Below, in pieces: positions 12,374 to 24,045 of a stretch of 64,000 nt of DNA. This DNA is from Macrostomum hystrix. Taxonomy: Eukaryota; Animalia; Platyhelminthes. The position numbers and the translations under genes are program-made. Location of the stretch: NCBI GenBank assembly GCA_950097015.1, contig CATNEN010000007.1, positions 10,106,001 through 10,170,000 of the forward strand. Direction: 5' to 3'. The notes under the pieces are model-generated. The model ran no database searches. It worked only from the letters and a program-made list of their open reading frames with translations, and was not told where the DNA came from. Every line of letters starts with the position of its first letter. Positions within the stretch are counted from its first letter, which is position 1.

Positions 12374-15300
12374 TCATATTTTTTCACTTCTCGCCTTGCA
12401 AGCTCCTTTGTCCCTTGTTGGGATTGTCAGTTGCAGTTCTTTCAATGTCAGGGCAACACTCTGATAGAACAGATTCGTCTGAAATTTTATGAGAAGCGGC
12501 GGTCTGAATGAATGAGCGCGAAAAAAATTGGCTCGAAATTTTCGAGGCAAACTCACATCCTTCATCATAATGGCTTGGACCCTGTCGCAGGCTATACGGT
12601 GGCTGCCGATGACCCTCTGGTGGCACCGGATCAGCCGCATCAACAGGCTCCTGTCTCTACAGAACTCCAGCGTCGTCATGAGCTCCTGCACATCGAGTTT
12701 TTCTGCTTCGAGAGCCTCATCAAACCACATCTTGGCAGTGGCGGGGTCTACGATGCCCAGGTCTAAACTGAGGCTCCTTAGCAATGCTTGAAAGTTTAAA
12801 TACCGCCAGTGATTGTACACAGTCTCTGAGGGGAAGCACTGCTCAAAGAACTTGTTCACAAAGTCCAAGGAAAGATAGTCGCTGCACTCAAAGCAGAATT
12901 TCCATGTGGAGTTTTGAGTATTCATGAGCTGCTGCAGCACATCGTGCTCCGATGGGTTCGGCAGGCAAGGAAGAAAGCTCATGACTTGATCGTCTCGCCT
13001 TTGCACTGCACACTTGGCAACCTCCTGTGCTTTTTCCTTCTGGCCATGTCTCAGATGGGCCAGGATCGCCAGGCTCTGCCTAGCAGCAACTGCACAGTCC
13101 GGAAGAGCATTCAGACCGGCCAGCGTGTCGACTAAGCAGAAGTTCTCACGACCACCGACTGTCAAAAGAGCTGACCTCACAGCGTCGTACACTTCGTGGA
13201 ATTCGAGCTGCTGTTGCTCGGAGCCTGCCGTTGCAGCTGGACTCCTTGCTGCAGCAGTCGGCTTTGGCTTCAGGATTGGCAAAATGAGAAACGGGTGAAA
13301 CTGGAAGCTGTCGCTCCCAACTAGAGGTCGCAGGCTTCTTTTGTATCGCTGAAGGATTTGAGAAAGTCCGCTCAGAACCTGTTTCAAAGCATCCTTAATG
13401 CCTTCCTTGCCTGTGTGATCCTTTTTCAGATACAACCATGCGTCTCTGAGGAAGAAGTGCCTCATGCACTTATCACTGCCCGGCTCATCTTCAAGACATC
13501 TCAGCAACCTGTGCAGCGCATTTCTCGCTAAATCCACCAGACTGGACTGTTTCCATTCACATGCTGGCGTTTCATCCAGCATGTAGAAAATCAGGTTCTT
13601 GACAACGTACGTTTTGAGACCTCGAGCCCTGTGAGACACGACCTGTTTAACGAGGAACTTGACGATAATAAAGAGTTGCCCTTGAATTTTTTTCAGACTT
13701 TGCATCAGCTTCCGTTCCAGGAATGTTGTGCTCAGCCTCAGCAACTGTCCATCCTTGCCGGGAGGAGACGCTGCAACCAGGTGTCCCGTCGAGTTCTTCA
13801 GCACCGTCCTGAGGTCTTCCAGGACAGTAGCCGGGATGAAGCTCCTGTGTGTTGGCTCCAGTACTTCGATTCTCGGGTAGCAACAGCAGCGGTAGGCCTT
13901 AACGAAATCGATCGCGGGTCTGACGCTCGATCTCCGGTAGACCATGGCCGGATTCGATGCTGGTGAAAAATTCAAATCGGGTTCTGGTGGCTAGTGTGGA
14001 GACTACAGCAGACAAAAGCAAACAGAACCCACCGAATCCGCTGGCTGTCACGTGTCCATCATGATACTCCACATTGTGATTGGCTTGTACGGCACCGCTT
14101 TGGCTGCGGCAGTCAACACTGACTTCGCCAGCGGCGACGATGTGAAAGGACTCGGCAGGATCAGTGAAGATGTGGGTGAGGTCGATGTCTGAGTCGTCAT
14201 CGATTTCGCCGTTGATCCGAGAGAGGCAGCTGCCCCAGCCCTCAGCAAAGCTGCCTACCATGTGCAGTTCGCTAGTTCTGAACTCGCCGAAATCCAGTCG
14301 TCTAGTCAGCACCAGCTGCAGGACCCGGGCCAGTACAGACTGGTACCGAGCTCTGCGCTGCGTGATCCCGCAGGCGACCATTGCGGAATGCAGCTCGGTG
14401 CTGAGCTCGCTATCCGACGGCAAAATTCTTAGAAAGCGGACGGGAGACTTCAAATTAAAGTTTGCTAACGATTTCAATTGATTAATCTGGTATTATTTTT
14501 CGATAATTTGGAATTATGGATCGGAATTCATTGTTTGTATAATAATAATATGAACCGTTTTGTATGCACAGTTAAAATTGCTAAGAGCAGAAAGTACGGA
14601 GTAGTACTAAACTGAGTAGTTTATTTTAGAAATAGCGCAACTGGTTTGAGTCGGACTAGCTGACACTAGCAACAGCGAGCTAGGAGAAGAAAGGACGACT
14701 GGCGATGTGTGCGTCAATTATAGAGACAAGGCATGGAGAACTTGCAATGCACAAAGCCTCATTATGCCGCATAATGCAGCTTTCGTTTCCAAAAATTAAG
14801 GGTCCGTCTACAATCCGTCTACGCGAGTTTTTGACACACACACAGACTTTGTTTTGCAACTCACGACTCTTCGTTCTCTGTTGTCTTTGGCGCATTCAGT
14901 TGCTTCGCGTGGTCGCGGACGTTCTTGATAATGTCGATTGCATCATCGGCGCCGACTGCTGTCGCTGGCAGGCGCAGGATTTTCTCGAGCTCGTATTCAG
15001 GGGCCAGGCGCATTATCTTGAGCAGGATTTCCGCACGGCCAAAGCAGCTGGCGATAGCCGCTGGACTCAGGCCGAAGCTGTTCTCTGCATCGAGATGCGA
15101 TCCTGCGCAAAGCAGAGCCTCCACGGCGCCTTGACCCGGGCCGCTGAATAGGGCAGCGGCGTGCAACGGTGTGCAGCCGTCCGCAGTGGTGAGCGTCAGT
15201 TCTGCTCCAGCATCAAGCAGCACCTGGACAGCCTCAGCATGCCCACCGAACGCGGCAACATGCAGCGGCGTCTCTCCTCGATGGTCTCTCGCATTTTTCT

Positions 15301-15748
15301 CGGCTTTGCCCTCGAACAACAGAATTTTCAGCATTTCAGCGTGTCCAGCAGCTGCGGCAGCGTGCGTCGCCGACCAGCCCGTGTCAAGGCATTTCACGTT
15401 GCAGTCAGCGTCCTCTTTGACCAGGTGGCTGGCCACCTCGTTGTGTCCGCACCCGGCTGCAACGAAGAGAGCTGTTCGGCCGGACTTGGAGGCTGTGTTT
15501 GGGTTGGCCTTTCCAATCGTGAGAAGCTGCTGGAGCGCCTCAGAGTGAGCATTCGCTGCGGCCCAGTGGGTCGCCGCCCAGCCGTGGCTGTCGGGCCGAT
15601 TGACCCACTCGGGCTGGCCGCAGCTGGATGCCAGCAGCACCAGTCTGGTCACCTCAGCTGAGTGTCCTCGGGCTGCCGCCAAGTGCAGGAGCGTCTTGCC
15701 CTCATGGTCTACCTTGGAGAGCTCTTCCTCGCTGCCTCGGTGACTCAT
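12374..15748 (-). CDS. Ankyrin-repeat + cGAS/Mab-21-like nucleotidyltransferase (cGLR) fusion protein, at least 3 exons, about 900-960 aa
   Basis: Exon 15748-14865 (about 7 ankyrin repeats) ends at TC|GTGAGT (phase 2). It joins acceptor TTTCTAAG| at 14427 in frame. Exon 14427-14033 carries VGSFAEGWG...DDDSDIDLT. A 49-nt GT-AG intron (14032-13984) restores the frame into exon 13983-12374, which has AIDFVKAY, LRLSTTFLERKLM, LKTYVVKNLIFYMLD and CMRHFFL (Mab-21 fold). A GTGAGT donor at 12556 may end this exon earlier. Confidence 0.85.
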
Positions 15749-16280
15749 CTAAGACAAGCTGGCGGAGCTGCTTTACCTACAGAAAGGTTTCAAAGTAGCA
15801 ATTTTTTTTGCATTTATTTCCCTGTTTACGTATTTTTTCTAGACATCTCGGACTCTTTTTCTCCTTTTCCCTAGTGGAATTTCCGCGGAATTACCTTATT
15901 ATTTTATCCGTTACACATTAGTGCAATTTTCAGAGCCCACTATACATCTCAACTAGCTCTCACCTTGGTTAGGGAGGGGTGCGTCCTCTTTGTGCCGACA
16001 GCGCAGTACATTCCGCGAAAGGTACAAACAATGCAATTTAAAACTGCGGTTATTTCTAAGAATATTTCTAAGCCTTTCGTTTTTAAGGGTTTAACCACGA
16101 GCATTAAAAGTCAGATAACAATAGAAATGCTTGGCCTCCTAGACCTAAAAATCTGTATAAAGTCAGTTTAAAAAACATCTCAGTTGCGGAGAGTTTCACG
16201 CGCAGTCGAGGGCTGCCAGCTGGATACACGTGACAACTCGAGCTGAGCATCGCACGTAAGCACTGCACGAGTTGCGGGCG

Positions 16281-16634
16281 CAGCAGGGCTGTGGGTACTG
16301 GCACACATGCATCACTTAGTGACAGTAGACACGCAGCAAGCGACTGGGCAACTCTGCCTAGATTTCGCTGACTTCTGAGAACAAATGGACACAGATACGA
16401 AATGTAATGTATGCAGGCACACACTCACATGTGTGTACATCTGCCCTGACTTTCTCATCGTCAGGCAGTGTACACTTTCACTGTGCCCTGAAGGTTCGCC
16501 CTCGAGGGCGTAAATTGCATGACAAGCCTCCACAATGCCTTCTCTCCGTGGCTAGGCTCCAAATAAATGTGGCCTCGCCATGGAATGACCTTGGTGCGAG
16601 AGGCAAACGCGTTAATCGCTCCGGCACTCACCCC
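16281..16634 (-). mobile_element. tRNA-derived SINE, copy A (diverged)
   Basis: The reverse complement aligns by eye with the copies at 33968-34316 and 43941-44244: head GGGGTGAGTGCCGGAGCGATTAACGCGTTTGCCTCTCGCACCAAGG, core GGCACAGTGAAAGTGTACACTGCCTGACG and 3' CAGCCCTGCTG. Confidence 0.8.
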
Positions 16635-17399
16635 TCAAAGGGCCAAAGCATGCTGGTAGTGGTGATCTATAGGCGTCATTCAGAGATTCTAAATTTCTAT
16701 GGGTCATCCTGAAATGAAAAACTGGACGGCCTTGTCGATCTCGGTTGCTTGCTTTGTGGATGATTGATTACTAACACATGGATTTTTGTGTTGTGCTATG
16801 GCTGCTGGCAACAGCTGATGCTGGACCACACGTTGGTACCAACAATGCCCCATCAGTGAAATAGCGATCGTTGCAGACGTGTGATGGCGCACATGCTGTC
16901 TGCACTGGTAAGCAACTACTGGCCAGGCTTATATGTTCAAGGAACTGCGCCTAACGCAGGCGAGTCACTAAGGAGAATTTCTAATTTTAGATATTGGTAT
17001 GACTGCAAACATGAAACGGCATGCGGCAGGTTGACAAATTTGGTTAGTGGTAACTGCATGAGTTTGAACTAGGAAGTGAAAAGTCACACTGGTGTCCGGA
17101 GGCAGCCACATTAGTCAGTGAATTTCACACCTGGTGATCAGAAGCAGCACATCTTGGTGCCGTATACGCTCACATTGCATGTAGGCCATGTCTAAGCCAT
17201 CGATCATTGTGATGATTGTTAGATCTTAAGCTCTCACTCTCAATTAATCTCACAATTATGACATAATTAAAGGAATTTTACATCTTCTCTGTGGTCACTC
17301 CACTTTTATGTTTTTTTCAGAAGTCAATGTTTTCCTATAGAACGAGCGACTGGACGACCCGCACTTCGCTGCTAGATGCAATGGATGCCCTCGATAAAA

Positions 17400-17760
17400 A
17401 TCACAAAGGTCTACTGGCAAGGACCACTAGTAGTTAGCTACTACTTTAGCAGTCCTTGCCTACTGGTTTGCTGCCCTGAATAAAGCTCAGCAGAAGCTGC
17501 CTCCGGTTAAATGTCGGGAACGATTCACCGGCTTCCACTGCTCTAAACGGAACAACGCTCGGGTGCACACTACGTACACATGTCTGTAGCCAACATCAGC
17601 CAGCTCAAATGGCAGCTTGTTCCCCAACCATATTCTCCTGACCTGTGGCCGCCCCATCGACTATTATGTATTCGGACCGCTCAAGATCCACTGCTCAGGT
17701 ATCATTTCAAAAACGAGTAAGGACATGAAGAAGACTGCAAAAGGTCCATTGCGTTGATTC
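17400..17760 (+). mobile_element. Degenerate mariner-type transposase fragment
   Basis: Translation with frameshifts gives NNARVHT (compare HDNARPH) and LKWQLVPQPYSPDL..PSDYYVFGPLK (compare YSPDLAPSDY), the mariner DD34D catalytic C-terminus. No intact ORF; boundaries approximate. Confidence 0.75.
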
Positions 17761-20228
17761 CCTGTACATTTAATTTAGCCATCCATATTCTTAAAGACAT
17801 CTTACCTGTTATTCATTTTTACCGCGAAATGCTATGACTTTACTACATTATTTATTGTAGCCAATTGTTATTAAAAAGATATTAAATGTACATTTTTCGT
17901 CGAATATTTTTCTTAGAAATAGCAGACTTTTATTTCGCAATTTCATGTTCTTTTGAAGGGGTTGCTGTTGCAGCTCTGTTCTGTATATAGGTAGACCTAT
18001 AATCTATCAATCTAGTTGCTGATTTAAAATACACTGTTGTTGTCATACATGGACTACAAAAAACTAGATATTCCGTGCAATATGTGATGCGCGTTAATAT
18101 TTTTAATAGCTCTTTATAATACGAGTATTAATATACCTAGCTAGGGCCTCAGTCTGCAGATCATAGACAATAAACCAAGGACCAAACTGAATATTATAAG
18201 AACCTAGTAGAGCTTCTTATGCAGTTAAGAATCTGAGTAGAGAAAGAGTTTAAAACATGGATAACAACTTTATTGTAAACAGAAGTCAATAATTATGACC
18301 CGAAGAGTGAGGTATACACTTTAAGTTTTGAGTCTCATTGTCTGTCATTGTCTGTCCCTGGTAATTTGGTAAATCAATACCTACAGTTTTACTCAGTTTT
18401 TCTCTCAATAGACCATTGGCTGGGCCTTGCATGTATGCGAACAGCTTGCGATTGTATTGGAAATTTGCATTAGGCCTATTCTTTCATGTGCTGTAGTTTA
18501 AAATAAAAGCATAGGCCTATGGTCAAAAGTTGAAGCTTTTTAGGCCTTGGCTATTCAGAGTTGAACTTCAAACTTGCAAAACAGTAGGCCTAATGATAAT
18601 GAACAAGATTGTGTTTAGTGTAGCCAAAGAAAGTGAACTTTAGGCCTAATCTTTTTAATTGAGTTGAAGTTTAGTTTGGATATAAGACTTGGTCTGTTAT
18701 TAAATTAAGCCCTAGGCCTATTTAGGCAATCTCCTAGTTTACTTTACTGTGTTAAATTATCTTAAAAGATTTGTCAAAATTATCAAGGTCAAATTCAGGG
18801 CAATGCATGGCACTTCTTGGTGTCCTTTTGAGAGCTATCTTAATGAGTACATATGATGCTGCCTATTTCCAAGAAATGAGTCCTTAGAAACTTACCTACG
18901 TCATAACTTGTGTATCTTCCTGTATGTTGTCACTAGACTTGCTAAAAAGTTTGTAAATGTAAAAATAGTTTAACAAATTGAACTACTAGGAGATTGTGGT
19001 TATTTAAACATGTTAAAACGGTGATTGCAGTCAGGGAAAATATCAGTCTTAGATCAGGGAAATCATAATAAAATTCATAAATAAAAAGAAATAAAATTTA
19101 TAAAATTAAAGCTAAAGGAAATTATATAATCTGTGTCAATGAAGTCCAAATTCTAGTTTTTTAAAAATGATGTTGAGTCTTTTGTTATTTTTGTTAGGCC
19201 TACAGCTTATATCATTATTGTTTGTTGATCTCATTACTAGCAGCTTTCTGTGCTCACTAACTCACCAGCCTCATCATTAGCCCAAGCAGATTTTTTATGC
19301 ACTTGTCTTGGAAGTCTAGATTCACTCAGTACTCAGTTTCAAACTGTTACAGTATGTGAGCATTCATTTCAACTGTCCCAACTTGACTATAGTTGGACCA
19401 ACTAGACATACAGTTTGCTTATTTTTTTCACTGATCAGTACCAAGAATTGGCAGGTCATAGAGAAAATGGTCCTGACAACCTGCTATTAAAAAATTAGAA
19501 CCTTATCTATTATATGTACTTAGCTTTGCTATCTTAATATAAAATCTTCAATTAAAATAGTGGTATAGATAGCTTTTTAGACCACAAGTAAGCAAATCAT
19601 TTGGTAAAAGTAGCTAGTTAGGATGCAATGCTGCCTCTAAATTGCTAACTTAGTATTCATAAGGGAGTATTGATCTATATATCATATATATATATACTTA
19701 AATTTAGATGGCATACTTTGTCTCACATAGCTAGTTTATATAAAAAAGCTTATAATTAAGTTTTTTGTGGTTGGGCACTTCAATTCTACTTTGACTTCTT
19801 ACTGCTGCTAAAGCTAGCAGCCACACTAGCCTATATCTGACATTGTCTAATTGTATAACACGTTTTATTTTCACCTGCCATTACTGAACTAATTGTTTAG
19901 GCACAGACCCCTGTTATAAGACAGTTGGCACCTTGCTTTTTGTTCCTAGTAGGATTGTCTAGGATATATGACACAACAAATTTGTTTTTTCTTTTACCCA
20001 ACTAACTTTTAAACATAAATATAGAATATGGAAACAATATGTGCTTATAGATGGTGTCTATGCACATAGGTAGACATGCTAATAACACAGGGTAAGCCGC
20101 ATATTTGTTACTGTGCACAATTTTATGTTTCCAAGCTGCTTTAAAATTTAGTCCTCAAATTCTTTACAATTTGGATTCGATGGAAATATAGGCAAAGTCA
20201 CTCATTCCTCATCCCCGCTTCATTCTAG

Positions 20229-20736
20229 CCACCACTTCAAGTTCGAGCGAGCTGGCGTTGGCTGCTGCTGGCAGCTCCGCTGGCCGCTGGCGCCTGGCTC
20301 GGCTTCCTGGTTGAGCACTATCGCTTCTCTGGCCGCCAGGAGGCCCTGCTGTCCGAGCTGGCCAGCCGCCTGTGCCAGCTGGAGCTGGAGCTGCGACAAC
20401 TCCGGCTGAAGCTGCGCGCCAAACGCCTCCGCGGTGCCGGCAGCACCACCGCCTCCAGCACGCTGTTCTATGAAGCCATCGGCGGCGGAGGCGGCCGTCC
20501 CGGCAGCAGCTGCTCCGACGAATTCTACGACGCCGAATCCGAGATTTGCAACATGTCGGCTGTGATGTTCGGGCTGGCCGACTCCACTGTAAGCCCTGCC
20601 GAGGAGGTCTCAGAGTTCCTGGCCAGGGTGGACAGCATGCTCAATGGCGGTGATGAAGGACACAGAGAGGCCCACGGCCTGCTGCGCGAGTTGCTCAAGC
20701 GAGACCGCCGACAGGCCAACCAGCCCCAGGTCAACC

Positions 20737-20785
<49 letters not shown>

Positions 20786-21530
20786 GCTATAATCCATGCT
20801 CACTCCACACAAATTACAGATACTCCTACGTTGGGCCAAGGTCTGCTTGCAGTTGCACTTTGTTGAATCCCTGCCCGGAGGCGACATATCAGTTGCAAAG
20901 GATCTTCTGGGCCAGGCCGACGCCGCCGCGGCCCAGGCGCTGGAGTTGGACACCGGCTCCGCCGACTGCCACGCTGTCCGAGCGCGCACCCTCGGCCTAA
21001 TGATTCGAAATCTTAGCGTTAAGGACAAGGTAAAGGGGCTTGACAGTAGGTGCGGGCAGGTGTTGATTCCTTAGCAACTGCAGAGCTCGCCAGAACCGAG
21101 ATGACCCGCCCGTTTTCAGGTGAACGGCGGCATAAAGTTCCGGCAGCTCGTGGATCGAGGCCTCGAGCTGGATCCGGAGCACACGGAGCTGCTGGAGCTG
21201 AAAGCCTGCTTCCTGTACGAGGTGAGCCGACTGAGCTGGCTGGAGCGGCGCATGGCCACCTACCTGTTCGGGCCGGACTGCCTTCCGGATGGCAAGCTCG
21301 AGGATGCCCAGCAGCTGATGGACCGGGTCCTGACCCTGCGGCCCGACAGTATCACAGCCCTCTACTGGGCTGCCCGCTGCCGCCTGGAGGCCTGCCGTGG
21401 CGGCCACGACGGACCCGACTTTGCGGAGGCGCTGCGGCTGCTTCGATTGGCTAAGGAGGCCAACACCAATGGCGTTGAGGATCGGCGACTGCGCGACGAG
21501 GCTGAGAAGCTGCTGGCTGCCTACAACTGA
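20229..21530 (+). CDS. Regulator of microtubule dynamics (RMDN2/RMDN3-PTPIP51-like): N-terminal TM anchor, coiled coil, FFAT motifs, TPR-like RMD domain; no genomic start codon at the 5' end
   Basis: Exons 20229-20729, 20820-21029, 21120-21530 (1122 nt, all phase 0). TM segment WRWLLLAAPLAAGAWLGFLV; FFAT SDEFYDAES; RMD motifs ILLRWAK, KDKVNGGIKFRQLVDRGLELDP and FLYEVSRLSWLERRMATYLFG. Confidence 0.82.
20737..20786. repeat. (TGTC)n microsatellite in RMDN intron
   Basis: About 12 copies. Confidence 0.95.
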
Positions 21531-22237
21531 CTGGCCAGGTCCTACGCTCACTAACTGGGCATTGCGGCTGCAGAATTTTAAACTCATTTTATACAAGGTA
21601 CCGCTTTGCTTTTTGCTTAGCATTGCAAGAAAAGCCGATGTCACTCACTACTGCGAGCGGAACTCCTTAAGGATGAAAATCCAGCTGGGGCTCTTATCGC
21701 CTGATTTCCACCATGTGAATCTTGCGCAAGCCTGTGCCATGTTTGCATCAGGCAGATTGTTCTGGAATTGTGACATTGCCCTCTCCTACTTGCCACATTA
21801 TTTTTTTGACACTTTAGTTGCCACGGACAACGGAGAGTTGCCCTAATAAATAAGATAGCTGGGCCGCAGCTTTCCACACTTTAAATATTTTATGTGAAGA
21901 GCTCCACCATTCAACGAATTCCATCGGGCGAGCCGGGCCGGTGATGCTTCTTTTTTGTTCAATAACTTTTCCAACTTGAGTCCTGCATTTCTTAGCTGAG
22001 TTCCAGACACTGAACATGCGTAGCTCTTTTTTAAAGTTTTGCTTGTTTGCTCCTCCTGTCAGTGTCATTGTCATGTCATTGTTGAAATGTAGAATCTACT
22101 ACTGAAGTGTCGACCGAAAGGTGATTGCTCATTACAACTGCTCTCAGTTGGCGGAAGCCATGCCTCACTCTAGAATGCTGTGAACAATGTCTACTTTTTA
22201 TTTTGTGTGTCTGCCACTACTGAATCTGTGTCTCCAA

Positions 22238-23350
22238 CTCTCTGCTCTCCCTCCATTCTCTCTGCTCTCCATCCATTCTCTCTGCTCTCCCTCCATTCTC
22301 TCTGCTCTCCATCCATTCTCTCTGCTCTCCCTCCATTCTCTCTGCTCTCCATCCATTCTCTCTGCTCTCCATCCATTCTCTCTGCTCTCCCTCCATTCTC
22401 TCTGCTCTCCATCCATTCTCTCTGCTCTCCCTCCATTCTCTCTGCTCTCCATCCATTCTCTCTGCTCTCCCTCCATTCTCTCTGCTCTCCATCCATTCTC
22501 TCTGCTCTCCCCTCCATTCTCTCTGCTCTCCATCCATTCTCTCTGCTCTCCCTCCATTCTCTCTGCTCTCCCTCCATTCTCTCTGCTCTCCCCTCCATTC
22601 TCTCTGCTCTCCCCTCCATTCTCTCTGCTCTCCCCTCCATTCTCTCTGCTCTCCCTCCATTCTCTCTGCTCTCCATCCATTCTCTCTGCTCTCCCTCCAT
22701 TCTCTCTGCTCTCCCTCCATTCTCTCTGCTCTCCCCTCCATTCTCTCTGCTCTCCCTCCATTCTCTCTGCTCTCCCTCCATTCTCTCTGTTCTCCCCTCC
22801 ATTCTGTCTGCTCTCCCCTCTATTCTGTCTGCTCTCCCCTCCATTCTGTCTGCTCTCCCCTCTATTCTGTCTGCTCTCCCCTCTATTCTGTCTGCTCTCC
22901 CCTCCATTCTGTCTGCTCTCCCCTCCATTCTCTCTGCTCTCCCTCCATTCTCTCTGTTCTCCCCTCCATTCTGTCTGCTCTCCCCTCTATTCTGTCTGCT
23001 CTCCCCTCCATTCTGTCTGCTCTCCCCTCTATTCTGTCTGCTCTCCCCTCTATTCTGTCTGCTCTCCCCTCCATTCTGTCTGCTCTCCCCTCTATTCTGT
23101 CTGCTCTCCCCTCCATTCTGTCTGCTCTCCCCTCCATTCTGTCTGCTCTCCCCTCTATTCTTTGTTGAACTCAGTTTTTTGATGTCAGTACTGGCCCTCC
23201 ATTCTCTCTGCTCTGCCCTCCATTCTGTCTGCTCTCCCTCCATTCTCTCTGCTCTCCCTCCATTCTCTCTGCTCTGCCCTCCATTCTCTCTGCTCTGCCC
23301 TCCATTCTCTCTGCTCTCCCTCTATTCTCTCTGCTCTCCCTTCATTCTCA
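22238..23350. repeat. 20/21-bp pyrimidine-rich minisatellite (CTCCATTCTCTCTGCTCTCC[C])n
   Basis: About 1.1 kb array upstream of LITAF; it generates stop-free ORFs in several frames. Confidence 0.95.
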
Positions 23351-23470
23351 TTGAGGGGTCAATTAACAGTTTAATTCAATGTAGGTCAATCAGAGTGCAT
23401 GGAATTTTCGCTAAGCTTAACTCGGCACTCCATGTTGAATCATTGTCCATTTCCGCGTCCTTCCAGCCAA

Positions 23471-23917
23471 ATGGCTTCGCCAGTGCCATCCGCGCCGGAG
23501 CCGCCGCCGCCCTACTACAGCACCGAGAACATGGATGACCCCCTGCTGGGCAAGGAGGAACCATTATCCAACAGCCACCCGCCACCTCAGTACTCGGTCA
23601 CTCAGTGCTCAGTACTGGCCAACGCGCCGCTGACCGCCGTGATCTCGCAGCCGCTGCCGCAGCACAGCATACTGGCGATTCACAATCCGCTGGGCTTCGA
23701 GTCCGGCATGGCGATGTGCCCGAAGTGTCAGCAATTAGTGAACACCGTGGTCAGCTATGAATCCGGCCACCTGAGCTGGCTGCTGTGCACTGGCATGTGC
23801 CTGGTCGGCCTCAACCTAGGCTGCTGCTTCATCCCGTTCTGCCTTGAAGTCTGCAAGGATGCCGTGCACGAGTGTCCGATCTGCGAGACTGTGCTGCACC
23901 GCCAGAACCGCATCTGA
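23471..23917 (+). CDS. LITAF: LITAF/SIMPLE-domain protein, single coding exon, 148 aa
   Basis: MASPVPSAPEPPPPYY carries PSAP and PPxY motifs. The zinc knuckles CPKC and HECPIC flank the hydrophobic segment WLLCTGMCLVGLNLGCCFIPF. Acceptor TTCCAG lies 4 nt before the ATG. LITAF vs CDIP1 not resolved. Confidence 0.9.
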   Translation: MASPVPSAPEPPPPYYSTENMDDPLLGKEEPLSNSHPPPQYSVTQCSVLANAPLTAVISQPLPQHSILAIHNPLGFESGMAMCPKCQQLVNTVVSYESGHLSWLLCTGMCLVGLNLGCCFIPFCLEVCKDAVHECPICETVLHRQNRI

Positions 23918-24045
23918 ACAGCCCGCTGGTTTCAGCGAAGCGTTGAGACAACTAGACTGTATTTTTTTTCGCGAGAAAATTCTAGAATTTCTATGTTAAA
24001 CTCATTTATGTTCACGTGCTTGCGTTTGCATTATATACCAGAACA

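Noticed and set aside
13899-14040. Apparent frameshift or pseudogene between the two NTase ORFs
   Set aside because: Resolved by a canonical 49-nt GT-AG intron (14032-13984) that restores the frame.
14861-15748. Stand-alone 295-aa ankyrin protein
   Set aside because: Its stop lies within a GTGAGT donor that is phase-compatible with the downstream NTase exon, so it is treated as exon 1 of the fusion.
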